DNA from: Biomphalaria glabrata
Lineage: Eukaryota
Assembly: GCF_947242115.1 (NCBI RefSeq)
Contig: NC_074716.1
Location: 24,048,637-24,112,636 of the forward strand
Direction of reading: 5' to 3'
DNA: 64,000 bases
Shown one piece after another: positions 49,501 through 62,088 of this stretch. Position 1 is the stretch's first letter, and each line of letters opens with the position of its first letter. The translations under genes were made by a program, and so were the position numbers. Under the pieces are notes generated by a model. It did no database searches. It was given only the letters and a program-made list of their open reading frames with translations, and had not been told where the DNA came from.

Positions 49501-50013
49501 TCCAGAATATTCTAGAACCTAGAGTCTAGAGTTAATTAGAGAGTCAACATGCAGTTTTATCATTACTTCTAAAGGTAACAATTACTTCTAATTTCTTTCT
49601 ATAATAGTATCATTCTAGTGATTCTATTAAGATCTACATCTATCCCATAAAGACATTTAAATCTTTTTTCATGTGCACAAATAAATGTTTATTACATTTT
49701 GCTAAAGAGATTGGTTGTTGTTTATATTTTTCATGTTTGGCTGTTTTGTCCTTAAAAAGGTCAAAATAGTTAGTAAAAGTTTAACTAAAGTTTCTTAGTT
49801 TAGTTTAACTAATTTTTTTCAATTTGTGATTAACTAAAAGTTTAATTACTTTTTTTTAGTTCAAACTTAGTTTTAGTTTAACTAAAAAAATTTAGTTTAG
49901 TTCCCATCACTAACTAATTGTAACAAAAGTTTATACCTCCATCCCCTCCCCCTTTCAGGCGTTTCGTAATATCCAAACGTTCCGTTACTTCGAACTTTTT
50001 TTTTTGGTGAACA

Positions 50014-51848
50014 ATGAGTTAATGAGTGAGTGAGTTAATGAGCTAGTGAATTAATGAGCTAGTGAGTTAATGAGTGGGGGAGTTAATGAGCTAATGAGTT
50101 AATGAGCTAGTGAGTTAATGAGATAGTGAGTTAATGAGCTAGTGAGTTAATGAGTGGGTGAGTTAATGAGCTAGTGAGTTAATAAGTGGGTGAGCTAATA
50201 AGCTAGTGAGTTAATGAGTGGGTGAGTTAATGAGCTAGTGAGTTAATGAGCTAAAGAATTAATGAGTGGGTGAGTTAATGAGCTAGTGAGTTAATGAGTG
50301 GGTAAGTTAATGAGTGGGTGAGTTAATGAGTGGGTGAGTTAATGAGCTAGTGAGTTAATGAGCTAGTGAGTTAATGAGCTAGTGAGTTAATGAGCTAATG
50401 AGTTAATGAGCTAGTGAGTTAATGAGCTAAAGAATTAATGAGTGGGTGAGTTAATGAGCTAGTGAGTTAATGAGTGGGTAAGTTAATAAGTGGGTGAGTA
50501 AATGAGTGGGTGAGTTAATGAGCTAGTAAGTTAATGAGCTAGTGAGTTAATGAGCTAGTGAGTTAATGAGCTAGTGAGTTAATGAGTGGGTGAGTTAATG
50601 AGCTAGTGAGTTAATGAGTGAATGAGCTAGTGAGTTAATGAGTGGGTGAGTTAATGAGTGGGTGAGTTAATAGGTTAGTGAGTTAATGAGTTGGTGAGTT
50701 AATGAGCTAGTGAGTTAATGAGTGGGTGAGTTAATGAGTGGGTGAGTCAATGAGCTAGTGAGTTAATGAGTGGGTGAGTTAATGAGTGGGTGAGTTAATG
50801 AGCTAATGAGTTAATGAGTGGGTGAGTTAATGAACTAGTGAGTAAATGAGCTAGTAAGTTAATGAGTGGGTGAGTTAATGAGCTAGTGAGTTAATGAGCT
50901 AGTGAGTTAATGAGTGGGTGAGTTAATGAGTGGGTGAAGTAATAAGCTAGTGAGTTAATGAGTGGGTGAGTTAATGAACTAGTGAGTTAATGAGCTAGTG
51001 AGTTAATGAGCTAGTGAGTTAATGAGCTAGTGAGTTAATGAGTGGGTGAGTTAATGAACTAGTAAGTAAATAAGTGGGTGAGTTAATGAGCTAGTGAGTT
51101 AATGAGTGGGTGAGTTAATAAGCTAGGGAGTTAATGAGTGGGTGAGTTAATGAGTGGGTGAGTTAATGAGCTAGTGAGTTAAAGAGCTAAAGAATTAATG
51201 AGTGGATGAATTAATGAGCTAGTGAGTTAATGAGTGGGTGAGTTAATGAGTGGGTGAGTTAATGAGCTAGTGAGTTAATGAGCTAGTGAGTTAATTAGCT
51301 AGTGATTTAATGAGTGGGTGAGTTAATGAGCTAGTGAGTTAATGAGTGGGTGAGTTAATGAGCTAGTGAGTTAATGAGCTAGTGAGTTAATGAGTGGGTG
51401 AGTTAATGAGCTAATGAGTTAATGAGTGGGTGAGTTAATGAGTGGGTTAGTTAATGAGTGGGTGAGTTAATGAGTGGGTGAGTTAATGAGCTAGTGAGTT
51501 AATGAGCTAGTGAGTTAATGAGTGGGTGCGTTAATGAGCTAGTGAGTTAATGAGCTAGTGAGTTAATGAGCTAGTGAGTTAATGAGTGGGTGAGTTAATG
51601 AGCTAGTAAGTTAATGAGTGGGTGAGTTAATGAGTGGGTGAGTTAATGAGCAAGTGAGTTAATGAGTGGGTGAGTTAATGAGCTAGCGAGTTAATGAGTG
51701 GATGAGTTAATGAGTGGATGAGTTAATGAGCAATTGAGTTAATGAGTGGGTGAGTTAATGAGCTAGTGAGTCAATGAGTTCCTGAGTTAATGCGTTGGTG
51801 AGTTAGTGAGTAAGATAGTTAGTGATTAAGTTAGTTAGTGAGTTAACA
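50014..51848. repeat. Minisatellite, 16-bp units (gagttaatgagctagt / gagttaatgagtgggt) x ~110
   Basis: Direct reading. Confidence 0.95.
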
Positions 51849-51881
51849 CCATCTCGTTGATGTGATACCTTTCTTCTAAAT

Positions 51882-53325
51882 CAGGGGTGGGCAACATTTT
51901 TGTATCGAGGGCCGCATTAACAGAATATATATATACAACTTATAAAAATAAGCTAGCTAACTGTATAATGTCTTTTAATTCATATTTATACTGTATTATA
52001 CATTCGCTTTTCCTTTTTTCACACTTCAAATTGAGGAATTACCACAAGAGTTAGCAATTTCTGAAACCAATTAACGATTTTTTTTTTAATTTGCTATTGC
52101 CTTTTCATATCATAACATTTCACCACAAATGTACAGTTGTACTTAACGTGAAGTATTTAACTGTTTACACTCGTGCGTAATGTTCCTGAATTGTGGAACT
52201 AGTTTTCTAGTTGTTGTACTTGTGACTGCTGTCAAATTATAGTCATTCACCATCGACCTGTGATTACAGTTGTTGTTTTTTATCCACAAAAAAAAAATAC
52301 TTGTTCACATATGGATGTGTACCAAAATAATGTTAAAGCTTAGCAACAACGTTTTTTTATATGTGGAAATAAAACTTCTGGCACCCATTAAGCTACCGCG
52401 GAAGTACTGACTTGAACTTCTCTTACAGGTCATAATTTGCATGGAGTTATGTTCTTTGGAACTGAATCAGTTTCTGCACTAAATGGTGAGCTGATGGTAT
52501 TGAAGACTGGTTCCAGACGTCTTAAAATTTGCCTTTATAAATTCCATAATTAAGGAGTCCAAATAAATCTGGTACTATTAACCATTTCACTAGAAACATT
52601 TCTACCTTTCAACAAAGGAAAATGACAAAACCTGTTTTCACCTGCTGGCCTGGAGAAATTGAAAAGCCTTGTTAGAATAGATTTAACATGCATTACATAA
52701 GCAAGCAGCCTATTGCAATAGCTACCATGAAAATCATAAAATGTCTTCCACTCTTCATTAGACATATTAGTAGCAAGGTCACAGTCAATGTCCTTCAAAG
52801 AACATATCCACATTCCTTCCTTGTTCTATTCTTCTCACGACCTTGTCAACGCTAGGCCAGCTGATACATCGGAAAAAAGTTTGTTTCTAAACTGCCTGCG
52901 GTTAAGGCCCCCTAGCTCTGTTGCTTTTTATTTCACTTTTGGCGGTTAGCAATATCAGGAGAAATCACGCAACTTTGTGCAAACTTTTCAGTTTAGAGTT
53001 TATGGTTGGGATATTCTTAAAAAAGTTTGTTTAAGTCAAAGATCGAGCTCCATCAGTTGTTACACTTGCCATCTTGTTCCAAGCTACCCAACACTCAACA
53101 CAGTTCTTTAAAGCATTGAATAAATACTGGCCTGAAATTCTGTCTTAGACTTTCTATAATGAGAGAGTTTCGATAATTTATAGAGGTATTTAGAATTAGT
53201 TTTAATAGATTAACAAATTTTTATGTATATTCTGTGGGCACACATGATTTCTGTAGGTATTCGCGGCCGCATAAAACACTTCGGCGGGCCGCATGTGGCC
53301 CGCGGTCCGTAATTTGCCCACCCCT
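51882..53325. mobile_element. Non-autonomous hAT-type element (1444 bp). 13-bp TIR CAGGGGTGGGCAA. Perfect 8-bp TSD TTCTAAAT at 51874-51881 and 53326-53333
   Basis: Termini caggggtgggcaacattt ... atttgcccacccctg and identical 8-bp flanks read directly. Confidence 0.75.
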
Positions 53326-53829
53326 GTTCTAAATCAATGTATTGAACAAGATTCCTGCTGTAAAATACCCTAGGGCCATGACCTGCTTTGATAGAAGTCA
53401 CGTAATGAAACATGTTAAGTTAAAAAAGCAACACATTGCTTGGCTACACATTTATTTCCAAAAAAGCAGACGTTAACGAGAGAGCTAAAAATAGCTACAT
53501 AAGTCAAGGGAGCTAAAATTAAACATAAACTATTTAGTTTTGATTATTCTGGAGTCCATTTGAAAGAGAGTAGGGTGAGTAGCAGAGAGATTGAAGCTCC
53601 TTTATTTAATGTGCTTCATTTCGTTACTACCTAATAGGGATCAATTATTGAAATGAATTTATTAAATTACTTTAGGATATATTGTCTATCTGTACTTGTA
53701 GTATTGTAATCAGTTTGTTTATGTTCTTATTACACCAGTTAATACAACTATTACACTCCACAATTTCTTGAGCGAACAGACATACCATGATTATTTTGGC
53801 TCACTGCTTGAAACAATAATCTCTTTCTG

Positions 53830-53861
<32 letters not shown>

Positions 53862-54863
53862 ATGTCGGTACAAAACCTTTATGTTCATTTAAACCCAGAT
53901 TTAAAGCACTACTAAAATAAATACAATAATTAAAAGGACAGTAGTAATATCGAACAGTGATAATAATATTTTAATAAATAAATTTACATATTGTCTCCAT
54001 CACTGAAAAATCTTTGTTTGGCAAAATCATATTCAACCATCTGCATGGTTACATTGTTTACGCTGGGCTCTGCTAACATATCACCCAATGCTGTATCGTC
54101 TGCTTATTTCTTCTCCCAGCTTGGAATCTGACAACTGGTTGATCTGTCACAATCTGCATCCTGGAACTAACTTAGTGCTTTTTCGCTGTTAGGACATTTC
54201 AGTTAATGATTTCTGTCATAAAAATCTTTGTACACATCTGAGGTGTATCTTTATTCTTTTATTATTATTATTATTATTATTTTGACATCTTTTTTTCCCT
54301 TTTTATTTCATGCCAAGATCTACTTAAGGGACTTAAAATAATTAAGGTATTTATTGGTTATTTCCCTTGCTACATGAATTTTGCAAAGGTATGAAGTAAA
54401 CATCTGTATTTCACGTTCATCTAATTCTAAACTATTCTATATCATCGTTTGCCTTGTCCAGTGCTGAGATGAGAGAATTATGGACTTGCTCGTGTTGTTC
54501 GAGGTAAATAAAAACTTCAGTGTTCAGTGTTGATATCATTGCAGTTGATCAAGTTATGTTTTATTTCCAATAGTTTGTTCGACTTCAGTTCATCAGTTCA
54601 AAGTCTGGGGTAAAAAAAAAAGCCCAACTCACTATAAATAGTCACACAAACTATAAGCATGTCTGACAGTTCTGGATAGCGAACGCTAAAAGCATGTGTC
54701 CGTGACTGTACGAAATAGGATAGTGAATTACATAAACTTTGCATTGAGCATGAAAATTTCGACATGATCGTATTAATAGATTGTCTTTAAAAGCTCAAAT
54801 TTTGACGGACAATTCCCATATTGCCATATTGTGTTTCTTAAATGCCTGACATTATGACTGACT

Positions 54864-55679
54864 TTATGGAAATAAAATGCGTGGGTATTCCATTCTTTTA
54901 ACAACTGTTTTTGTCTGACGAGTCTTGTTGAACCGCTCAAGGTCACGGAGAAAGTTGTGAACTTTGACCTGAAGCTCCATGTTCTGGTTCCTGAGCTCCA
55001 GAAGGTGAGACTTTCTCCTTCTCTCTCCCAGAATCTCCATGTTCCTTCGTCTGTTTTCAAATGTCATGATAATCTCATCGTCTCTTGGGGCGACCCTGCT
55101 CAAAATTTCCAGCTCTCTCCTTGACCTTGACCTTATCACCGCAGTCTTGGCGCGAGGAGGTAAAATATCGTTAGGGTCCACCTCTCTCGTGTATCCGACG
55201 TCAGCAGTGATGGGCCTCAAGCCGCTCATAGAGGAAGACGTCGGTTTGAGGTAACCTTTTGCGCTCTTGGCGCGCGGCGGCGGTTTCAATTCCGGGATGA
55301 AAACAGATTTATCGTCAGAGACGACAGTCACGTGATCAGCGACCTCTTCCGTTATCTCCGACTCGACGATCGGTGGAGTGAAGAATTTTTTGGGATGCGG
55401 TAAAGTCTCGAACCCCAGCACTGTCTTTGACCGCCGAACGTTAAACAAGTTTTTAGCGCTGTATTTCTCCCTCTCGGCCTCAATTCTTTGCTGAGATTTG
55501 TTCCCCTTGTGATCTTCACCGATACTTCCGTGGCGAATGACCCTAGTGTTGGCCAACAGGTCAGCAGATTCTCCCGGAGCACGACTGTTGACCGCTTCTT
55601 GTAACTTAGTGATGACCTCAACCTGTTTCCGGATTTCTTCCAACTGTTCTCCAGTCTCGGCCAGCTGACGCTTCTCGTC
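54864..55679 (-). CDS. Large terminal coding exon of an unidentified gene (DEKRQLAETGEQLEEIRKQVEVITKLQEAVNS...KRMEYPRILFP*). Coiled-coil/charged character
   Basis: 272-codon open frame starting right after a minus-strand acceptor (tatttttgatttgtccaacag) in phase 0. AATAAA on the minus strand ~300 bp downstream of the stop (~54553). Confidence 0.4.
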   Translation of the reverse strand, partial: DEKRQLAETGEQLEEIRKQVEVITKLQEAVNSRAPGESADLLANTRVIRHGSIGEDHKGNKSQQRIEAEREKYSAKNLFNVRRSKTVLGFETLPHPKKFFTPPIVESEITEEVADHVTVVSDDKSVFIPELKPPPRAKSAKGYLKPTSSSMSGLRPITADVGYTREVDPNDILPPRAKTAVIRSRSRRELEILSRVAPRDDEIIMTFENRRRNMEILGERRRKSHLLELRNQNMELQVKVHNFLRDLERFNKTRQTKTVVKRMEYPRILFP

Positions 55680-55962
55680 CTGTTGGACAAATCAAAAATA
55701 AAAAACAATTTAATACTAAAAATAAGAACACCCAATCCCAGTGTTACGATGTTATTTGGAGAGAGCTTTGTAGTGTCTTGTCTTCACAATCATATGACAA
55801 ATGCTGATTTAAAACACTACCAAGATACAACGAGGCACTGAATATAATTTCTTGAGTTTAATACCTTTAAACTCTAGATTCAACAAGCTTCTACCTGACC
55901 CTACATCACGTTTATGCAGTTAAAGGTTATCCAGAAAGGTCTGCCTCACGCACATTCAATGG

Positions 55963-56222
55963 AGGCGCGGTGGCTGAGCGGTCAAGCGCTTGGCTTCCGA
56001 ACCGGGGACCGGGGTTCGAATCCTGGTGAGGACTGGGATTTTTAATTTCGGGATCTTCGGGCGCCTCTGAGTCCACCCAGCTCTAGTGGGTACATTAGTT
56101 AGGGAAAAGTAAAGGCGGTTGGTCGTTGTGCTGGCCACATGACACCCTCGTTAACCGTAGGCCACAAAAACAGACGACCTTTACATCATCTGCCCCAGAG
56201 ACCACAAGGTCTGAAAGGGGAA
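55963..56222 (+). mobile_element. Full-length tRNA-derived SINE (reference copy)
   Basis: tRNA-like head ggcgcggtggctgagcggtcaagcgcttgg...ggggttcgaatcc (A and B boxes). Body gggatttttaatttcgggatc...ggttggtcgttgtgctggccacatgacaccctcgttaacc. Confidence 0.8.
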
Positions 56223-56448
56223 CTTTATTCTACATTCAATGTGACCTAATAATACCAACAGTTAAAGTACTTTCAGACAACGTTCTTCTTCCCCTTTCGC
56301 AGTGAGGCGTGACTAGCCCGCTCTTTCTGTTCTGCTGAATTAAAGTGTGACACCCAAGTTATTGTAAATTTTCTTCTGTGGCCAATAGCTTTTTATAGAT
56401 AGCGTTTCTCTTTTACGAGGTGCATAGTTTGAATGTCTTCCAAACGGA

Positions 56449-56686
56449 GGGGTCCCGGGTTCAATTCTGATCAAGAGTGGGATTTTTAATTTCGGGATCT
56501 TTAGAGCGCCCCTGGGTCCACCCAGCTCTATTGGGTACCTGACTTTAGCTTGGGGAAAAGTAAAGACGGTTGGTCGTTGTGTTGGCCACATGACACCCTC
56601 GTTAACCGAGGGTCACAGAAACAGACGACCTTTACATCATCTGCCCTATAGGGCGTAAGGTCTGAAAGGGTGTAAGGTCTCAAAGG
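56449..56686 (+). mobile_element. Second SINE copy (slightly 5-prime truncated), tandem to the first
   Basis: High identity with 55963-56222. Confidence 0.8.
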
Positions 56687-57309
56687 GAAACGTAACTATT
56701 TTTTTAACTTCATCTTTTACACTGGGAGTAATCAAATAGCTAGCTATTTATAGCCATGTTTAAAAATATTGATACAATAGTAAATAGTCGAATACAATGT
56801 TACACGTAATATCGGACATTTAATTTAATTTAATTTAAATATACGAGTATAAAATCATACTATTGAGCATATAATTTTACGTGAAACTTGTAAAGTATTA
56901 CAAAAGAATAAATCTATCTTTTTCTTACAATTTCTCTTATCAGCTTGCAAGCTCTTCATAGGTTCTGGGTGAGTGGATGGACATGTATCTCGAAAACGGC
57001 CTAAACGATTTCCATAGAAATTGGACAGCTTATGTTATGTATATCTTTTTTTTTTTTTTGGGGGGGGGGGGAACATTAGCTAATTGGTCACATAAGGAAA
57101 ACTGGATTCACCGTTAATTTTTTCAAATCTTATAATCTTAAAACTAAATCTGATTTAGAGAGTAAATTCACTTCAATAATCCAATAGACGTCCAGGAACA
57201 TTCTGCGCACCAACTTATTGAGAAATAAATCTAGACTCTAGACTACAGTCTTTTTACATTTCTAGGTCTCGATCTGTAACACCAAACTCAAATCTTCTAT
57301 ATCTATTTC

Positions 57310-57742
57310 CAGGGCCGGTCCTAACAATTGCGAGGCCCTATGCGAAACAGTTTGCGCAGGGCCCGTCTGGGTAGGGATAAGCAGAATGTCAAAATTAAGA
57401 TTTTTTTATTAGAAAATACATTCGTATTTGCAATAAATTTTTATTAAATGAAAGCTGACAATGACGCTTATTTTATATCGCGTGTAGGATTGGCTCCCCA
57501 AAAGGACAATTTTGCTATTTTTCAGGATATTTTAATAATTTCAGGAGATTTCTTGACTTCTTTGATATATTTTGCAATTACAGGAGATTTCCAAGAGGTC
57601 CTGGAAAATAAGGAGGCCGCTGAAACCATGTTATATAAAAGTTATAATAGTTTCATTGAATAATTTACTCCTTGAATTAGCGCGTGGTCTATGAAAGTGC
57701 GGGGCCCACCGCATAGGTTGCAGTGGCTTAAGTCCGGCCCTG
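57310..57742. mobile_element. GGGCCGGCC-TIR hAT-type MITE copy (opposite orientation to 5633 copy). Flanks tctatttc / cctatttc (7 of 8)
   Basis: Termini cagggccggtcctaacaattgcgaggccctatgcgaaac ... gcataggttgcagtggcttaagtccggccctg. Confidence 0.7.
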
Positions 57743-57957
57743 CCTATTTCTAATGAAATCCAGTATTCTAGACCAGACTACTGTCTTTTATAAAGTTTCC
57801 AAGTCTGGATCAATATATTCAAACTAGAATTTTAGATACTTATCTTTTATATAGCGAGATTTTCATACTTACAGCATGCTCAGTGCGATATGGTCCAATG
57901 TCTTTTGTGGACCAGTTTTTTTTTTTTTTTTTTTTTTTTTTGGGGGGGGGGGGGTGG

Positions 57958-58075
57958 AGGGGGAGAAGGTTTTCCGTGTTGCCAATAGGCTCTCAGTCAA
58001 CACAACTCTGCTAGAGTCGGGATTCGAGCTCGAGCCCCCTTGTTAGGTGGTCAAGTCACACATCCCACTCTGATT
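57958..58075 (-). mobile_element. SINE-like retroposon (minus) with a C-run plus poly(A) tail, seen as T(n)G(n) at 57925-57965 on the plus strand
   Basis: tRNA-like B box on the minus strand (ggctcgagctcgaatcccgac). The homopolymer tail abuts the element. Confidence 0.45.
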
Positions 58076-59368
58076 TGTTTCGAGAAATAAGAAACGGAGT
58101 AAAAACAAAATGTTGTTTTTAAACTACCTCAAGTCAGAACTTCGTATAAACTTCAGAAACCTGGATCCAGGAATCTGGACAGCTGATCTCAATAACGCCT
58201 CTAACGATTTTCTAAGAAATTCGTTGGCCACACGTAGAAAACTCAAGTTTGACTGTTATAATTTTTCAGAGTAAAAAATAAATTTGGCTTGAGACTTATA
58301 TCTAGGTCTAGAGCCAACATGGCGTAAATTTAAAGTTACATTAAAGTTTATAAGCGTTGCTTATATTTTTACGTAAATCTAATATATAGTATTATATCTA
58401 GATTCTAGATTTAGAAGTAGATCTAGACTAGATATTAAGAATTCTAAATCAGAACTCTACTTCTAGTGTTAGATCTAGATGTCCATATAATGACCATACC
58501 ATTAAATAATGGCAAAAGTATACCTGGACGATAAATGCTTAAGATCTAGCAGCTGACGGTGTTACGTGTTCTATACCTGGACGATACATGCTTAAGATCT
58601 AGCAGCTGACGGTGTTACGTGTTCTATACCTGAATGGATCCAAACATTTTTTTTTACTGTTTTAAAATTATTTTATTATATTTGAAGTTGAATAATGGCG
58701 TGTGACATAAAGGGGAACTAACTAACATGGCGGTAAAGAAAAAGTTTTTTTTTTTAATGTTTTTCTTGTTAAATATTAAAAGCCAAGTAACATGCTCTTA
58801 CAAAATGTCATCAGCTTCATAAAGGAGGAGTTGTCTTTTTTTTTTTAAAAAAAAAGTATTTTTAAAGTATAATAAATTTGTGCTATAAAACAATATTACA
58901 CTTTCAATTAACCCGGTTTTAAATTAACACACAACAGTGCAGTGTAACAGTGAACTATAAATTACCTTTACTGCTGTAAAGATTTATCGTACAAGCCTGT
59001 CATTAGATCTGTTGAATATGTAGGAACTATGAATTACGACCCACTTTATGCCGTTCTTCAAACTACAACTAAATGTTCCTGTTATTACAGCGCAGGTCAG
59101 AAAACGTTGGAGCGCGTCCCAAAAAAATAATAAGCAAATAATAAGGAACATAACTTTATATTGTTGTTATAAATCTTTCCGTCGTCCTTCTCTTCTCTGA
59201 TACCAAAAGTTCAGGCCCTTGAATTCATAGGAATGATAAGATGTGTTCTTTTTGTGGAAATTATAAATACAGGTTATTCCAAAAGTATGTGGACAGTATG
59301 TAGTCCTATTAGTATCACACACATACACACACATACACACACACACACATATATAGAGAGAGGCGGGA

Positions 59369-59369
59369 T

Positions 59370-59433
<64 letters not shown>
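59369..59433. repeat. (GATA)n microsatellite, preceded by (AC)n at 59316-59350
   Basis: Direct reading. Confidence 0.95.
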
Positions 59434-61762
59434 CTCAAACCAAGATACTGACCTGTCTAGTTATTAAAGTAGGTGTCTCGGTATTTTAACACGATGATAA
59501 CATACAAAGCAATGCAATAACACGAGAGTGGAAAGCTTACTTGAGTATCAACTAGGCTTGTATTTCTTAATGTCGGAATGCTTGTGAGTGTAAGTCAATC
59601 ATTGCAACCCTATTTAAGAACTGGAGTAGCACGACATCACCAGCCATACTTTTCTATCACATCCATCCATTCCAGTGGCGCTACAACCCATGGGGTGCTC
59701 TGCTTCAACACATTCCTCCATTCAGATCTCCCCTGGGCTTTAACTCTTTAAGTACGAAACAACACGATATCACCAGCCATACTTAGCTATCTATTACAAA
59801 CCAAATCAAACTATCTTACCCTGTTCAGGTTGTAGATATGTTCCACGAGACCCTCTTCCAAAATATCGTTCTCCTTGTAAATATTGCTGTGGTCCATCTT
59901 GACCATGGGCAGGTGGGCCTGGTCATCAGGTCCTTTGTTTCTAGACTTGAACCTTCAGTCGTTTCAAAGACAACAGGAGAGAAAAGACTTTCATTAGATC
60001 ATGCCATTTATCCGACATACTTGACATCTAATGTCTGCCCATAATTGACATCTAAATGTGTAATGTCTGCCCATAATTGACATCTAAATGTGTATTGTCT
60101 GCCCACCTCAAGCTGACCTGTAAAAATGAAATGTCAACTAGCTTTGTGGCACGAGGAACGATAACTCAGCAGGTAAATGTTTTAAAAATACTTTCAGCTG
60201 TTTCAAGTTAACTATAAACCTCGAGTTGTGGCAACAGGAAGCTTTGTGGGTAGAGGCAGTTGCAGAGGGGACATACGTTTCCACCAGGCCTCTATACAAT
60301 AATGTTTCGATTTTGTTCGCATCATTGATTGCAGAATCTATTAGCCGATGATTGATAAGAAAGTGATCGCTTTGAGTGCAGTCATTTGGGCTTCAAGTGT
60401 TTATTTTACAATAGAGTCCCAGTGACTAAGAAAGTCTGGGCGATGGTAGGGGCGGGCGAAGGGAGAAGGCACGGGGGGGGGGGAGTTCCATACAGTAAGA
60501 AAACAAAGGTGTGTCCTGATTGTGTATGTGTAGATATTCTTTATGTACTCAATAGGACATGTGTACATCCAAGTTCAACTGTGCAATCAGCTTATTGAAA
60601 TCTGACAATTAACACAATGTCAAACACAAGATAAGTGGGGAAAGGGTGCAGGCGAAGATCACATATACAGTCCACAACTGCACACACACACGCACACACC
60701 CATTCAGGAAGGTAAAATGACTTCGGTCTATAAATGGCGTAACACTTCATTGATTAGAACATATTTCATTGAATGTAAATGACTTTGACACTTGCAACCA
60801 AAACAAATGTTTCGAAAGAGATGACAACTGTCTTAAGATTTCTTATAAAATCCTCTCACGAAATAAAACCCATTAAACCCGTGTCTATTATCATTAAACC
60901 GTGATCAGTTTCTGTGGACTATATCTTTTATTGAATTCATTTACATGCTATAAGGACCTCATCCAAATTAAATTATTTTAAAGTACTACGTGTACTACTA
61001 ATCCTGGACAAAAACAACATTAACAACAAAATTATGTAAAAATTACATGATCGGTACATCATCACTATATTCTAACATATGAGGTAATGTATGGCCAAGT
61101 TGAGCGCATACACTTCATCTCAAACAGAGGCAGAACTAATAGTGAAATGAATATAGATATATTCGTTGTTTATTTCTTTAGTTCGTTCAATTCATTACAT
61201 GAAAGCTTTTACATTAATTATTAGTAGGAAAGACGGGCAGACCCTGGAACTATACTACCAAGGGTAGACAAAAGATAAACGCGGACTGTTCATCGCACTG
61301 TGTTAGATGAGAAAGTAATCTGCATTTTAATGTAACGGTAGTTTCCCTTGAATCGACTTTCTTTTTTCTTTCATCTAGAAGATATCGATTTCTTAGATTT
61401 TGAACAAACTTGTATACTTAGTCCAAGAACTAGTTTAGAGAAAGTAAGAGAAAGAGAGAACGTTAGAAAGGAGGGAAGTGAAAGATGGTGAGAGAGAGAG
61501 AGAGAGAGAAATGGAAAATAAGGGGGAATTGAGAGACGAGAGAAGGTTCAATGGAATGTAGAGGAAAAAAAACGAGATAAGGAGAGAAACAGAGAACAAA
61601 AGAGAGAAATAGAGAATAAAAGAGAATAAAAAGAGAGAAATGGAAGATGAAAGTGAAAAATAAGAAACTGAATGCTTAATACACCATAAGAGAGAGAGAG
61701 AGATAGATACAAACCTTTTAGTCTCTTTGATAATACCTTAAAATAATAGTTCCAGGTCAAAA

Positions 61763-62088
61763 TTGAGAGCAGCCATAAGACATACTCCTCACGTGTACAG
61801 AGTTGAGAGCAGCTATAACAAATAACTTTCACGGTTAAAGAGCAGCCATAAAACATTACCTTTCACGTGTATAGAGCAGCCATAAAACACCTTTCACGTG
61901 TAAAGATTGAGAGCAGCCATAAGGCATACCTTTAATATGTAAATAATTGAAAGCTGACATAAGATCTACCTTTCACGTGTGCAGGGCAGCCATAAGAAAT
62001 ACCTTTCATGTGTACAGAATTGAGAGCTGCCATAAGAAGTACCTTTCACGTGTGCAGGGCAGCCATACGATACCTTTCACGTCTACAG
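61763..62088. repeat. Minisatellite, ~40-bp unit (gagagcagccataagacatacctttcacgtgtacagagtt) x8. Adjacent GA-rich low complexity at 61480-61700
   Basis: Direct reading. Confidence 0.9.

Larger units (their letters stand above)
46262..49912. mobile_element. hAT-like DNA transposon (3651 bp). Perfect 10-bp TIR TAGTGATGGG. Subterminal agtttaactaaaa repeats. Perfect 8-bp TSD ACTAATTG at 46254-46261 and 49913-49920. Carries a non-transposase ORF
   Basis: Termini tagtgatgggcaaaag ... ttcccatcacta and identical 8-bp flanks read directly. hAT assignment rests on the 8-bp TSD plus the TAG/CAG-type TIR. Confidence 0.7.

Noticed and set aside
52550-52813. 87-aa minus ORF inside the 51882-53325 hAT element as a transposase remnant
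   Set aside because: No recognisable transposase motif is present. It is too short and is left unannotated.
55963-56030. tRNA-like sequences with A and B boxes (also 2120-2172 rc, 42990-43067 rc, 18383-18440)
   Set aside because: Each is the 5-prime head of a ~250-bp SINE that continues into a non-tRNA body. No clean cloverleaf with anticodon could be folded by eye. They are called SINEs, not tRNA genes.
57041-57075. T(n)G(n) compound homopolymers (also 57925-57965) as a novel motif
   Set aside because: On the minus strand they read C(n)A(n), i.e. poly(A) tails of minus-oriented retroposons preceded by a C-run. They are explained by SINE or retroposon 3-prime ends.
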